A stretch of DNA of 64,000 nt from an uncultured bacterium (GCA_903832855.1 CAILDB010000012.1:4368-68367), one strand, 5' to 3'. Shown: positions 1 through 9,958, counted from the first letter of the stretch. Numbers and translations: made by a program. Notes: a model not told the origin generated them from the letters alone.

Positions 1-938
1 AAAAAGGTAAAGATAGTAAAGATAAAGCTGACGAGGATTATGCCAAGAAAATTGGTGTGGAAAAGAAGGACTTGCAGGATTATAGGAAAATTGTGGAGGA
101 TTTAGAGAAAATAGTAAATCCTGAGACAGATGTGGGTATTATAGAAGAATTAAAAAATCTTTTTTCCAGAATTATTTCCAAAAGATTAAAACTAGCTCAA
201 GCACCAAAATATCCTGTAGATGAAGGGGACGAGCTTGTAGATCCGGCACAGCTTGTCGCAGATGTAAAATCAGGCAATCTTCAACCGAAGGTTTGGGAAG
301 ATACTGAAATAAAAGAAAAGAAAGGTGAAAGATTTGGCGAAGTGGAAATTACTCTTGTTTGTGACAGGTCTGGTTCAATGGCAGGTCAAAAAGCCGAGGA
401 GCAAAGAAAGTCCGCAGTTCTCGTAATGGAAGTTTTGAAAGAATTTGCTGAACTTTGTGAGGCGGAAAAGAGAAATATAGATAAACCGTTAGAAGTAAAA
501 TCAGAAATTTATAGTTTTGCCGGTAGTAGTGAAGATAAAAAACCAATAAAAGTAATGTCATCTGAATTAGGCGAGGGTGAGAGAATAAAGGTCTTCAAAA
601 CACTTTGCGATACAACTGGTCCAAGGACGACAGATTATGACTGTCTAGAAGCAATAGGTAATGTTTTGGACGATAAGATAAAAATTAGAATAAAAATAGG
701 GGAATTAAAAAAGATTGTTATTGTCTTTACAGATGGTGAGAGTAATAATCCTGGGGCAGTGCAAGTGCAATTAAAAAATCTAAGAGATAACGGGGTGATA
801 GCTATTGGAGTAGGAATTACGAGTGAAGGTGCACCTGTTTTGTCTACTTATGCACCAAATGCTTTGGTTGTGGAAGATGTGTCAAAACTCCCAATTATTT
901 TAGGCGAACTTTTGAGGGAACATTTGAAAGATTTGTAA
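1..938 (+). CDS. vWA (MIDAS) domain protein, 5' truncated by window edge
   Basis: MIDAS motifs DRSGS, T and FTDGE. The frame is open to the window start. Similar to the C-terminal part of 13116..15422. Confidence 0.85.
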   Translation, partial: KGKDSKDKADEDYAKKIGVEKKDLQDYRKIVEDLEKIVNPETDVGIIEELKNLFSRIISKRLKLAQAPKYPVDEGDELVDPAQLVADVKSGNLQPKVWEDTEIKEKKGERFGEVEITLVCDRSGSMAGQKAEEQRKSAVLVMEVLKEFAELCEAEKRNIDKPLEVKSEIYSFAGSSEDKKPIKVMSSELGEGERIKVFKTLCDTTGPRTTDYDCLEAIGNVLDDKIKIRIKIGELKKIVIVFTDGESNNPGAVQVQLKNLRDNGVIAIGVGITSEGAPVLSTYAPNALVVEDVSKLPIILGELLREHLKDL

Positions 939-980
939 TTCACCCTGTTAAATTATTTTAAATTTTGTTATAATAATACT

Positions 981-1994
981 ATGAATTTCGAATCCATCAC
1001 CCAAATGGCCAAAGCCACCAAATCACCAGAAAAATCTCCAAAACTGGAGAAACCCCAATCGGAACTCCGAGCTACTTTGGAACAAAGATTAAAATCTCTT
1101 AAACCCACCTTACAGGATGGAATAAAGGAATATGAACAAGCCTTGGAAAACGATGTTTTTGATGATGCCCCAGGTGAACCAGAAGGTACAGGCGAAAAGA
1201 GAAAGGAAGATATGCAAAGAAAACTTACTGATATGGCAGACAGAGCAGAAAAGATAAAAAACACACTAGACAGTGATAAACCTTTACCTCAATCAACTCC
1301 CGAAATCTCCACTACTTACACTCGTCCTGATGGTAAATCGGAAACCATCTCTCTAGACATTGAATCCAAACTTACAGATTTTCTTTCTTTCTACAAAAAA
1401 ACCAACATTGACTTACCACCAGACTTTGAAGACACCATCCGCGACATCTGGGAGAGAAATCAATCCGAGATTGAACAAGTAATTCAGAAGAATGGTTTTG
1501 ATGATATTCTTCTTATACCTGGCAATATTCCACTTGCTGATATTGCAGAAAAGTTGAAAATGGAAAATGGCAATTTCACCGGCTCAAACTTTGATGACGG
1601 TGGTGGTTTTGCCGGAGCAGTCAGCCAAAATACCGATAAACCTAGAATCATTCTTTTTCATAAAAAAACCTTACCAGAAGTCCAAGCAGAAACAGGTCTT
1701 GATGTGCACCTAAATATCACGGCAGGCGAGGCTTTGAAGTTGTTTAATAAAAATCCGGATGAACATATGACCTTAAATGATTTTATAATAATGGAAAGAA
1801 AAGTTTTTGAAGAATCGGGTGTCCATATCTCTGACTGGAATAAAAAAAGTGCTCAATGGTTGAACACCAAATCGGGCGCTCGCCTCGTCTGCGCGTACGG
1901 GGATCCTACCGATGCTGGGCTCGGCGTGGATGCGTTTGTTGACGAGTATCACTACGACAACCTAGGCCTTCGCCCCTCCCGCTGTTTCTTTTGA
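981..1994 (+). CDS. DGR target-like protein (helical/coiled N-terminus plus CLec-like C-terminal domain with VR-like tail)
   Basis: Shares the ISL-E-L-FY-K-I-LP-DF-DIW-RN block and the G-R-SRCF terminus with the DGR targets at 15871 and 20547. GC-rich 3' end carries CTCCCGCTGTTTC. Confidence 0.8.
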   Translation: MNFESITQMAKATKSPEKSPKLEKPQSELRATLEQRLKSLKPTLQDGIKEYEQALENDVFDDAPGEPEGTGEKRKEDMQRKLTDMADRAEKIKNTLDSDKPLPQSTPEISTTYTRPDGKSETISLDIESKLTDFLSFYKKTNIDLPPDFEDTIRDIWERNQSEIEQVIQKNGFDDILLIPGNIPLADIAEKLKMENGNFTGSNFDDGGGFAGAVSQNTDKPRIILFHKKTLPEVQAETGLDVHLNITAGEALKLFNKNPDEHMTLNDFIIMERKVFEESGVHISDWNKKSAQWLNTKSGARLVCAYGDPTDAGLGVDAFVDEYHYDNLGLRPSRCFF

Positions 1995-2047
1995 TAAAGT
2001 AGATTGTAGCTTGAATTTTCTATTTTCTTTTATTTTTTAATTTTTAA

Positions 2048-2071
2048 TGCCCCGCGTTCTGACGCGGGGCA
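2048..2071 (+). terminator. GC-rich hairpin after the target-like gene (terminator or DGR-associated hairpin)
   Basis: TGCCCCGCGT-TCTG-ACGCGGGGCA, perfect 10-bp stem. Confidence 0.6.
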
Positions 2072-2133
2072 GATTTTGAATTTTTTAAATTCCATTTGTA
2101 TTTTTTTATTAAAAATGTTATACTCTTATCTAT

Positions 2134-2367
2134 ATGGTAAATCGAATGCGACATAACAGATCCCAGAGGGGAAGTACAAGATCACATCACGCTTTAAAAG
2201 GTGTGAGACTTTCAAAATGCCCAGACTGCGGATTGCCTATTTTAAATCACAGGCTTTGTGCAAATTGCGGTAAATACAATGGCAAACAAGTAGTCAGTAA
2301 AGAAGTAAAAGTTTCAAAGAAAGTTACAAAAGGAAAAAAGGCAGAAAAAGTAACAAAAGCAAAATAA
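2134..2367 (+). CDS. rpmF: 50S ribosomal protein bL32
   Basis: RxRRSH-like start, CxxC..HRxCxxCG zinc ribbon. Confidence 0.92.
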   Translation: MVNRMRHNRSQRGSTRSHHALKGVRLSKCPDCGLPILNHRLCANCGKYNGKQVVSKEVKVSKKVTKGKKAEKVTKAK

Positions 2368-2429
2368 ATTTCGTGTAGTTTGGGTTGGGGTTTAGTTTTT
2401 TAACATTCACCCTAAAAAGGGCAAAATAT

Positions 2430-3326
2430 ATGGCAAACAGGCACCTTGCAAGATCAATAGTTTTACAAACTGCTTTTGAAAGTGATTTCAGGAGTCTTAC
2501 AAATGATGCTTCAATCTCTTCTCTAAAGAGAAATATTGCCGAATTTGGCGGGGGTCCGGATGACCTCTCTTTTGCTACGGCTCTTTTTTCAGGAGTGTGG
2601 GGCAAGAAAACCGAGCTGGATAATATTATTACCAAGGCTGCACCCGATTGGCCTTTGGAAAAGATTTCAATTGTGGACAGAAATGTCTTACGAATCGGAC
2701 TTTACGAGCTTCTTTTTTCGGATAGGAAAGAAGTTCCCGCAAAAGTTGCCATCAACGAGGCCATTGAAATTGCAAAAGCATTTAGTGGAGAAAAAAGTGG
2801 TGGATTTGTAAATGGAGTTCTAGGAACGGTTTACAAAGAGCTTGGTGAGCCGGGCAAGAATGAAGTTTCTCAGAAAAATAATAAAAATCTTCCGTTTGAA
2901 GAAATGCCAATTAAAAAACTTGTCGGTGCAGTAGTCTATGCACAAAAAGATGGTGATTTTTATCTTGCTTTTGTTCACGATGTTTTTGGTAAATGGACTT
3001 TGTCAAAAGGAAAGCTCACTGAAGGCGAGGAGCTCTATGATGGACTCAAAAGAGAAATAAAAGAAGAGCTCGGACTTGATATAAAAGCAGAAGATGAACT
3101 TCAATCAAACGAATACGTCGCAAATCATCCTCAAGAAGGAAAGATGCGAAAGCAAGTAAAATATTTTCTTGCAAAAGCAGACTTCAAAGATTTGAAACTT
3201 GGTGAAAGTGGAGGACTTGATGATGCAAAGTGGTTTAAAGTCAGTGAAATTCAAACACTAAATTTCTATGAAGACATCTTGCCAATTATCACAAAAGCGA
3301 TTACTATTCTAGGAAGCAGAGGATAA
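2430..3326 (+). CDS. nusB: Transcription antitermination factor NusB fused to a C-terminal Nudix hydrolase
   Basis: RHLAR, DRNVLR, VAINEAIE, FVNGVL (NusB), then KG-x5-E-x7-REIKEELG Nudix box. Confidence 0.9.
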   Translation: MANRHLARSIVLQTAFESDFRSLTNDASISSLKRNIAEFGGGPDDLSFATALFSGVWGKKTELDNIITKAAPDWPLEKISIVDRNVLRIGLYELLFSDRKEVPAKVAINEAIEIAKAFSGEKSGGFVNGVLGTVYKELGEPGKNEVSQKNNKNLPFEEMPIKKLVGAVVYAQKDGDFYLAFVHDVFGKWTLSKGKLTEGEELYDGLKREIKEELGLDIKAEDELQSNEYVANHPQEGKMRKQVKYFLAKADFKDLKLGESGGLDDAKWFKVSEIQTLNFYEDILPIITKAITILGSRG

Positions 3327-3341
3327 CACGAAAAAGATGAA

Positions 3342-3478
3342 ATCCCGTAGTAGAATTTCAAATCATTGCTTTTGTTTTTTAAAACGGGAATGTCAAATAA
3401 TGTCGATATTTATTAAACTTAATTAGAATCACAAATTGTATTTAGCAATAAAAACAATTTGAAATTTCACTACGGGAT
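3342..3478. repeat. 137-bp element bounded by 22-bp imperfect inverted repeats (CCC-GTAGT family)
   Basis: ATCCCGTAGTAGAATTTCAAAT ... ATTTGAAATTTCACTACGGGAT. The right arm overlaps the rnc ATG. Confidence 0.75.
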
Positions 3479-4172
3479 GAAAGATTTTACAAAATTTGAG
3501 GAAATTATAGGAATAAATTTTAGAGACAAGAATTTATTGAAACAGGCCTTTACACACAGGTCTTATTTGAATGAACACAAAGAGTCGGAAATCGTGCATA
3601 ATGAAAGATTGGAATTTCTCGGAGATGCAGTGCTTGAACTCATCGTTACAGAATATTTGTATACAAAATATCCGGATGAAACCGAAGGTAGTCTTACCTC
3701 ATATCGTGCAGCTCTCGTAAATGCAGAGACAATGTCAAAAGCTGCATCTAGAATAAATATGAATGACTTTCTTTTACTTTCAAAAGGCGAGTCAAAAGAT
3801 ACCGGTAGAGCAAGGCAAATCATTTTAGCAAATACAATAGAAGCACTTATCGGTGCACTTTTCCTTGATCAGGGTTATGAAATTGCAAAGTATTTTATTT
3901 CTAAAAATATTTTTTATTTGATAGACGACATTGTCTCGGCAAATACTTGGATGGATGCAAAGAGTAATTTTCAGGAAGCTTCTCAAGAAAATGAGAGCAT
4001 AACACCTCTTTACAAGACAATTAGCGAAGATGGCCCAGACCATGACAAAGATTTTACTGTTGGAGTTTATTTGGATGATGAATTGATTGCTTCCGGAGTA
4101 GGAAAATCCAAACAAGAAGCCGAACAAATCGCCGCGAAGCTTGCCCTCGAAAAAATGGGCTGGGATAAATAA
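3477..4172 (+). CDS. rnc: Ribonuclease III
   Basis: HNERLEFLGDAVL signature, C-terminal dsRBD. Confidence 0.97.
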   Translation: MKDFTKFEEIIGINFRDKNLLKQAFTHRSYLNEHKESEIVHNERLEFLGDAVLELIVTEYLYTKYPDETEGSLTSYRAALVNAETMSKAASRINMNDFLLLSKGESKDTGRARQIILANTIEALIGALFLDQGYEIAKYFISKNIFYLIDDIVSANTWMDAKSNFQEASQENESITPLYKTISEDGPDHDKDFTVGVYLDDELIASGVGKSKQEAEQIAAKLALEKMGWDK

Positions 4173-4173
4173 A

Positions 4174-4506
4174 ATGATAAAGCCGGAAGATTTAAAAGGG
4201 GCTTCTAGAGAAGTGGATTTAGAAATTGTAAGACAACAAAAAATTGTTGAGATTAACAGATTGTTGGGGTTATATTACGATAAGCTTGAAAAGGATGAAG
4301 TAACTGAACAAAAAGTTGACGAGAATTTGAGGAAACAAATTGAATTGGGCAAGGTCTTAGAATCAAAAGGGTTAGAACCTACAAATTATTTGTTTTGGCA
4401 TATTATGATTGGAAGTACTTTGCCACCAGGAATAAGTGAATCAGATATGGAATTCGATACACCAGAAGGCGATATTGAAAGACTGATAAGGGAAATTACT
4501 GTTTAA
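4174..4506 (+). CDS. Hypothetical protein
   Basis: ORF starting immediately after the rnc stop, protein-like composition. Confidence 0.6.
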   Translation: MIKPEDLKGASREVDLEIVRQQKIVEINRLLGLYYDKLEKDEVTEQKVDENLRKQIELGKVLESKGLEPTNYLFWHIMIGSTLPPGISESDMEFDTPEGDIERLIREITV

Positions 4507-4570
4507 TATTCTTTGTTTTAACTACTTAGATTTGCTACAATTATAGTGCGTAAAAGCGCGTTGATTAAAC

Positions 4571-6853
4571 ATGTATTTAAAAAGCATAGAAATAGCAGGG
4601 TTTAAATCTTTTAGCAAAAAGAGCTCTTTGAATTTCAATACTCCTATCTCTGCTATTGTTGGTCCAAACGGCTCGGGTAAGTCAAACGTTGCTGAATCTT
4701 TCCGTTTTGCACTTGGTGAACAATCCATCAAATCGCTTCGCGGTAAAAGGGCGGAAGACCTTATCTTCAACGGCGGTAAGGACGCGCCTAGAGCAAATCG
4801 TGCGAGTGTCAAACTTATTTTCAATAACGTTCAGAGAATATTAAATATTGACCACGACGAGGTTTCTATTGAACGTGTTGTAAATAGAGATTCTTCCAGT
4901 GAATATTCCATAAACGGCAGTCAGGTGAGGTTGAAAGATATTATTGAGCTCCTTGCGAATGCAAATATCGGTGCTTCCGGATATCAGATAATTTCTCAGG
5001 GTGAGGCAGACAAAATTCTTAATGCAAATATAAAGGAGAGAAGGGAGATGATAGAAGATGCACTGGGGCTCAAAATTTTTCAATACAAAAAAGAAGAAAG
5101 TGCGAGGAAGCTCGTGAAGACCGAAGAAAATATAAAACAGGTTGAGTCATTGCGAAGAGAAATTGCTCCGCATATTAAATTTTTGAAAAAACAGGTGGAG
5201 AAAATAGAAGGTTTAGTTTTGATGAAAGACAAACTTTGCGGAATGTATCACGACTTTTTCCGAAGAGAAGAAGAGTATATAAATTTTGAAAAAAAGACGA
5301 TTGCAGAGAATAAAGTTTCTCCGGAAAGCAAAATGCGGGAGCTTGATCACGACCTCACGGTCGCAAAAGAAACCCTTGCAAAATCAAACGCAAAAGACGC
5401 AAAAAGCGACAAAGTCATTGAAATAGAAGAAAAGCTGAAAGAGACGAGACAAAATAAAGACAATTTGATGCGAGATATTGGGCGAGTGGAAGGAGAAATT
5501 TCCTCAATTTTGCGATTGATAAGGAAGCACGAGGATGAAATGAAATCTCAGTCAGATAAAAAGGTGGAACTCTCATCTGTAGAAAATCTTTCCAAGTCCG
5601 TTGATTTAGAAATTACCTCAGCGGAAAAACTTTCCGATATTTCAGAAATTAAAAAAGTCTTCGTTTCTATCAGGAATGTTTTTGCTGAATTTATAAAAAA
5701 ATACGCAAATGAAGATGACGGTTCTGGGGACGATTTGAAAGACGAAGTCAAAAATCTTGAAGTACAGAAAAAAGAGCAGGAAGCCAAGCTATCTCTCATT
5801 AAACAGAGTGAGATTGAACTTTCCGAGCAGTATTCTTTTGTTAAAAGTGAAATTGAAAAAGAAAAAGATTCAAATAGAGATGCAGAAAAATCAGTGTTTC
5901 GAATTATTGCCGAACAAAATGAAATTCGTTCCATTCTGTCCGCGATCAGAAGCAGAGAAGAAAATTTGCGACGCGATGAAGATGATTTAAAAAAAGAACT
6001 TCAGGAAGCTTCAATTCTCGTAGGTGTTTCCGCACTCCACTTTAAAGATTTTTGGCCTACAAAAGAAAATGGCGAGCCGTTGACTTCCGATGAAATTGTA
6101 AAAGAAAATAGGGAAGTTCAGACCGAGAGAAAGCATGTAATGGAGAGAATTAAAATCCGCCTTGAGGATGCTGGGGTTGCCGGTGGGGATGATGTGGTCA
6201 AAGAATACAAAGAAACCACCGAAAGAGATGGGTTCCTTGGGCGTGAACTTGAAGACCTCGTGAAATCATCTGAATCACTCAGAAATTTAATAAAAGAACT
6301 TGATGAAAAAATTACAATAGAATTTCGAACTGGCGTGCAAAAGATAAACACCCAATTCCAAGAATTCTTCAGCCAAATGTTTGGTGGTGGAAATGCATCT
6401 CTCACGATTGTAAAAGAACAAAAACGCAAAAAATCAGATATGAATCTTGGTGTGGAAGATAGTGGGGAAGAAGTTACCGAAGAAAAAGAAGAAGAAAGTG
6501 AAGGACTTGATATTGAAGTTAGTTTACCAAAGAAAAAAATAAAAGGACTCATAATGCTTTCCGGTGGCGAGCGAGCTCTTACTTCCATCGCACTTATTTT
6601 TGCCGTGTCACAAGTCAATCCTCCACCATTTATTATTTTGGATGAGACAGATGCCGCTCTTGATGAAGCCAATTCAAAAAGATACGGCGATATGATAGAA
6701 AGCTTGGCAAAATATTCTCAGCTTATTCTCATCACCCACAACAGAGAAACAATGTCCCGCGCCGGCGTGATTTACGGAGTCACAATGGGCAATGATGGTA
6801 TCTCAAAACTCCTTTCCATTCAATTTGATGAGGCGGTGGCGGTGGCAAAGTGA
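4571..6853 (+). CDS. smc: SMC-family chromosome segregation ATPase (short, 760 aa)
   Basis: GFKSF, GPNGSGKSN Walker A, Q-loop IISQG, LSGGE signature, LDE Walker B, coiled coils. Confidence 0.88.
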   Translation: MYLKSIEIAGFKSFSKKSSLNFNTPISAIVGPNGSGKSNVAESFRFALGEQSIKSLRGKRAEDLIFNGGKDAPRANRASVKLIFNNVQRILNIDHDEVSIERVVNRDSSSEYSINGSQVRLKDIIELLANANIGASGYQIISQGEADKILNANIKERREMIEDALGLKIFQYKKEESARKLVKTEENIKQVESLRREIAPHIKFLKKQVEKIEGLVLMKDKLCGMYHDFFRREEEYINFEKKTIAENKVSPESKMRELDHDLTVAKETLAKSNAKDAKSDKVIEIEEKLKETRQNKDNLMRDIGRVEGEISSILRLIRKHEDEMKSQSDKKVELSSVENLSKSVDLEITSAEKLSDISEIKKVFVSIRNVFAEFIKKYANEDDGSGDDLKDEVKNLEVQKKEQEAKLSLIKQSEIELSEQYSFVKSEIEKEKDSNRDAEKSVFRIIAEQNEIRSILSAIRSREENLRRDEDDLKKELQEASILVGVSALHFKDFWPTKENGEPLTSDEIVKENREVQTERKHVMERIKIRLEDAGVAGGDDVVKEYKETTERDGFLGRELEDLVKSSESLRNLIKELDEKITIEFRTGVQKINTQFQEFFSQMFGGGNASLTIVKEQKRKKSDMNLGVEDSGEEVTEEKEEESEGLDIEVSLPKKKIKGLIMLSGGERALTSIALIFAVSQVNPPPFIILDETDAALDEANSKRYGDMIESLAKYSQLILITHNRETMSRAGVIYGVTMGNDGISKLLSIQFDEAVAVAK

Positions 6854-6863
6854 CATTTCCTAA

Positions 6864-6890
6864 TGTCATCCCGGCGGAGGCCGGGATCCA
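6864..6890. repeat. REP-like palindrome (TGTCATCCC family)
   Basis: TGTCATCCCGGCGGAGGCCGGGATCCA, multiple copies in window. Confidence 0.85.
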
Positions 6891-6939
6891 TTATTCTCTA
6901 ATAAAAAGCCCTTATTTTTAGCCATTTTCTGTAAAATGC

Positions 6940-6968
6940 TTGACAAAAAATATGAAAGGTGCTATACT
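6940..6968 (+). promoter_or_regulatory. Sigma70-type promoter with extended -10
   Basis: TTGACA-17 nt-TATACT with TG at the extended position. Confidence 0.6.
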
Positions 6969-7047
6969 TGAAGTAGGCTCGAAGTTAGGTTTATCGCTTA
7001 ACCTCAATCGGTACAAAAGTACCACAAGCGAAGAAAAAAGAGGAAAA

Positions 7048-7428
7048 ATGAAGAAGTTCCCATACAAGTTGGAGTATTGTCCGAATCCCAATGTTATTCA
7101 GATCCAAGCTCGCTCACGGTTCCCGAAACAGGGCAGTATGGATATACTGAATCTGCGACTCGGAGGTAAGGATCGCAAGCGTCACCCTCTCTATGTGGCG
7201 TTGAGCAAAATCAGTGGAATCGAGTCGGCATCGGCGACAGGTAGTGGTTACTGCCTTCAGGTCGCCAAGGCCAACGACCTGTTCTCATGGGATGAGATTC
7301 TGCCGAAGATTCTGGCTGCGATTCAGACTGCACTAGCAGGCAAGCGCCAGATGGCTCAGGTCGGTGAAGCAGTGCGTCCGAGCAGGGAGTATCTCATTGG
7401 ACTCCGGCTCCAGGGATGCGACGTCTGA
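7048..7428 (+). CDS. Hypothetical protein resembling the Nfu/NifU N-terminal scaffold domain
   Basis: PNPN near the N-terminus and W-x-x-I-x-P-x-I near the C-terminus. GAGG RBS before ATG 7048. Confidence 0.5.
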   Translation: MKKFPYKLEYCPNPNVIQIQARSRFPKQGSMDILNLRLGGKDRKRHPLYVALSKISGIESASATGSGYCLQVAKANDLFSWDEILPKILAAIQTALAGKRQMAQVGEAVRPSREYLIGLRLQGCDV

Positions 7429-7504
7429 AGTATCAACAAGTCCATTTAGTGGGCGGAAAAAGTTTCCGCTTCCGAGAGTGGGCTTTTTCTTTTGCAAAAT
7501 TTAT

Positions 7505-9508
7505 TTAAATTATTTTATAATCCACGGTCTTTCTATCCGCGTCCGCATTTATGAGTTTAATTTTTACTTTGTCGCCGAGGGCGAATTTCTTTTTAGTTTT
7601 TTGACCGATGATGGCGTATTTCTTTTTGTCCAAAACATAGAAATCGTCGCCGATGCTTGAGAGCTTTACCATTCCTTCGGTTTTTGTATCTTTTTCTTCT
7701 ACATAAATGCCCCATTCCGTAACGCCCGTGATAGAGCCGTCAAAAATTTGTCCAACTTTGCTTGAAATAAATTCGATTTGTTTGAGTTTTTTTGCTTCTC
7801 TCTCGGCTTCGGTTGCGCGGATTTCATTTTGGCTACTTTCGGTGGCGATTTTCTCGTAATTTGCCCAGTCGGCTTCGGTGAGATTTTCTTTGTTGATTAT
7901 TTTGTCCAAAATTCTGTGAATGCAAAGGTCAGGATATCTTCTGATAGGTGAAGTGAAGTGCGTGTAAAATTCAAAAGCCAGACCAAAGTGCCCAATGTTT
8001 TTTGTGGAGTAAACGGCTTTTGACATTGACCTTATTGCAGTGGTTTTGATAAGTGCTTCTTCATCTTTTCCTTCAATTTTTTTGAAAAGCATTTGCAGGT
8101 CCTTTCCGGTAATCTCACCATTTTTGTTTCTAGGTAGAGTGTGTCCGAGCGCGTGCACAAAAAGTGAAAGTTCGGCGATTTTTTCTTTGTCTGGAATATC
8201 GTGAATTCTGAAAATAGGAGAGAATTTGAATCCACGATTTTTTATCATTTTGTAAAGGAATTGTGCGACTTCTCTGTTTGCAAGAAGCATGTATTCCTCC
8301 ACGAGTTTGTGAGTATCTAGGCGAACTTTTTTGTGAATTGCGAGAACTTTACCATTTGTATCCATTTCAAACTCAATTTCTTCATGCTCAAAATCAATCG
8401 CACCTTTTTGGATTTTTTCGGCTTGAAGTTTCTTGGCGATTTTGTTTAGGGTGTCTAGTTCGTAGAAAAATTCTTTTCCGTCTTTGCCAAGGTCCGACCT
8501 TGGTATTGAGGTATGTGTGTTATAATATGTTTTTGCTTGATTATCCAAAACCTCCTGTGCGCTTTCATAGGAAAATCTTTTTGCGGATTTTATAACTGTC
8601 TTTCCAAACCATCTTGAAAGCACTTTTGCATTTTTATCAACTTCAAAAATCGCCGAGTAAGCCATTTTTTCTTCGCCCTCATTCAAACTGCAAAGATTGT
8701 CGGAAAGAATTGAAGGAAGCATTGGAATTGTTCTGTCCGGCAAATACACGGAAAATCCTCTTTTTCTTGCCTCCTTATCCATCTCGGTTTTCTCACGAAC
8801 ATAAAAAGAAACATCAGCAATGTGAACGCCAATTTCAAATTTATCATCCGAAATTTTCTTGAATGAAATTGCGTCGTCAAAATCCTTTGCGGTCTTTGGG
8901 TCAATTGTGAAAGTTAAGGTATTTCTGAGATCTTTTCTTTTTTTGATTTCTTCTTGCCAGATTGATCTTGAGTTTGCATCCACTTGTTTGGCTTCGTTTT
9001 CCACTACTGCCTCAAATTTAGAATCAAAACCTTTTTCCGAAAGAATGGATTTCATTTCGGCAGTATTATCGCCTTTTTTACCGAAAATTTCTTGGAGTTT
9101 TCCTTCGGCGTCTTTACCAATGTCGCCCCAGTTTGTAATTAGAACAGAAGCTTTTTGACCGAGATTTTCTTTACTTGCGCCTTCTGTAATTTTGATTGTC
9201 GTTCTAGCTTTTTTGTCGTCGGGAATTAAAACAAAATCATTCTCTCTCATTTCCACAGTTCCTGAAAAAAGTTTTTTGTTTCTTTTGAGAATTTTTTCCA
9301 CACGTCCTTGCTGGCGTTCTCTCTTTGATGGTGCGGATATGGAAATGAGCACGGTATCTTTGTGCCATGCATTTTTCAAAAATTCACTCTTGATTTCGAT
9401 ATCTTCCTTAAAATCAAGCAGAGAAACATACCCCAGACCTTTGCCTGTGATACTTATGAGCCCTTCATATGATTTTATTTGATTTCCTTTTTGCTTGTGA
9501 TTGTCCAT
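7505..9508 (-). CDS. rnr: Ribonuclease R (RNB family)
   Basis: TIDPKTAKDFDDA, HFGLA..YTHFTSPIRRYPD, C-terminal S1 domain. Confidence 0.95.
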   Translation of the reverse strand: MDNHKQKGNQIKSYEGLISITGKGLGYVSLLDFKEDIEIKSEFLKNAWHKDTVLISISAPSKRERQQGRVEKILKRNKKLFSGTVEMRENDFVLIPDDKKARTTIKITEGASKENLGQKASVLITNWGDIGKDAEGKLQEIFGKKGDNTAEMKSILSEKGFDSKFEAVVENEAKQVDANSRSIWQEEIKKRKDLRNTLTFTIDPKTAKDFDDAISFKKISDDKFEIGVHIADVSFYVREKTEMDKEARKRGFSVYLPDRTIPMLPSILSDNLCSLNEGEEKMAYSAIFEVDKNAKVLSRWFGKTVIKSAKRFSYESAQEVLDNQAKTYYNTHTSIPRSDLGKDGKEFFYELDTLNKIAKKLQAEKIQKGAIDFEHEEIEFEMDTNGKVLAIHKKVRLDTHKLVEEYMLLANREVAQFLYKMIKNRGFKFSPIFRIHDIPDKEKIAELSLFVHALGHTLPRNKNGEITGKDLQMLFKKIEGKDEEALIKTTAIRSMSKAVYSTKNIGHFGLAFEFYTHFTSPIRRYPDLCIHRILDKIINKENLTEADWANYEKIATESSQNEIRATEAEREAKKLKQIEFISSKVGQIFDGSITGVTEWGIYVEEKDTKTEGMVKLSSIGDDFYVLDKKKYAIIGQKTKKKFALGDKVKIKLINADADRKTVDYKII
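8484..8527. repeat. CAAGGTCnGACCTTG palindromic repeat inside rnr
   Basis: Near-identical to intergenic 39165..39208. Confidence 0.75.
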
Positions 9509-9574
9509 GAATAACTATTTATCAACTGTAGCAAAAAATTTGACATTTGTCAGCTTTTTGTTAGTATGCTTTGT

Positions 9575-9958
9575 ATGTTAATTATTAGATTGCAAAGGGT
9601 GGGAAGAGTTCATGAGCCGACTTTTAGAATTGTGCTTACGGATTCCAAGAACAGCACAAAGAGCGGAAGGTACCTAGAAGTGCTTGGTTCTTATGATGCT
9701 CGCGCAAAAGGCATTTGTACTGTGGATGCTGAAAAAGTAAAACACTGGATTTCCAAAGGTGTTCAACTTTCCGGAACTGTCAAAAATTTTCTTATTGAAC
9801 AAAAAATAATCACTGGTAAAAAAATAAATGTTTTACCAAAAAAGACTGTTCCTAAAAAAGAAGAAGTAAAAGAGGAAGCTAAACTAGCAGAAAAGGCAGA
9901 AGTAAAAGCTGAAGAACCAAAAGTAGAAGAAGCTCCTAAAGAAGAAGTAACCCAGTAG
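9575..9958 (+). CDS. rpsP: 30S ribosomal protein bS16
   Basis: IRLQRVGR, EVLGSYD, W-x-x-KG-x-Q-x-S-x-TV, acidic tail. Confidence 0.95.
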   Translation: MLIIRLQRVGRVHEPTFRIVLTDSKNSTKSGRYLEVLGSYDARAKGICTVDAEKVKHWISKGVQLSGTVKNFLIEQKIITGKKINVLPKKTVPKKEEVKEEAKLAEKAEVKAEEPKVEEAPKEEVTQ

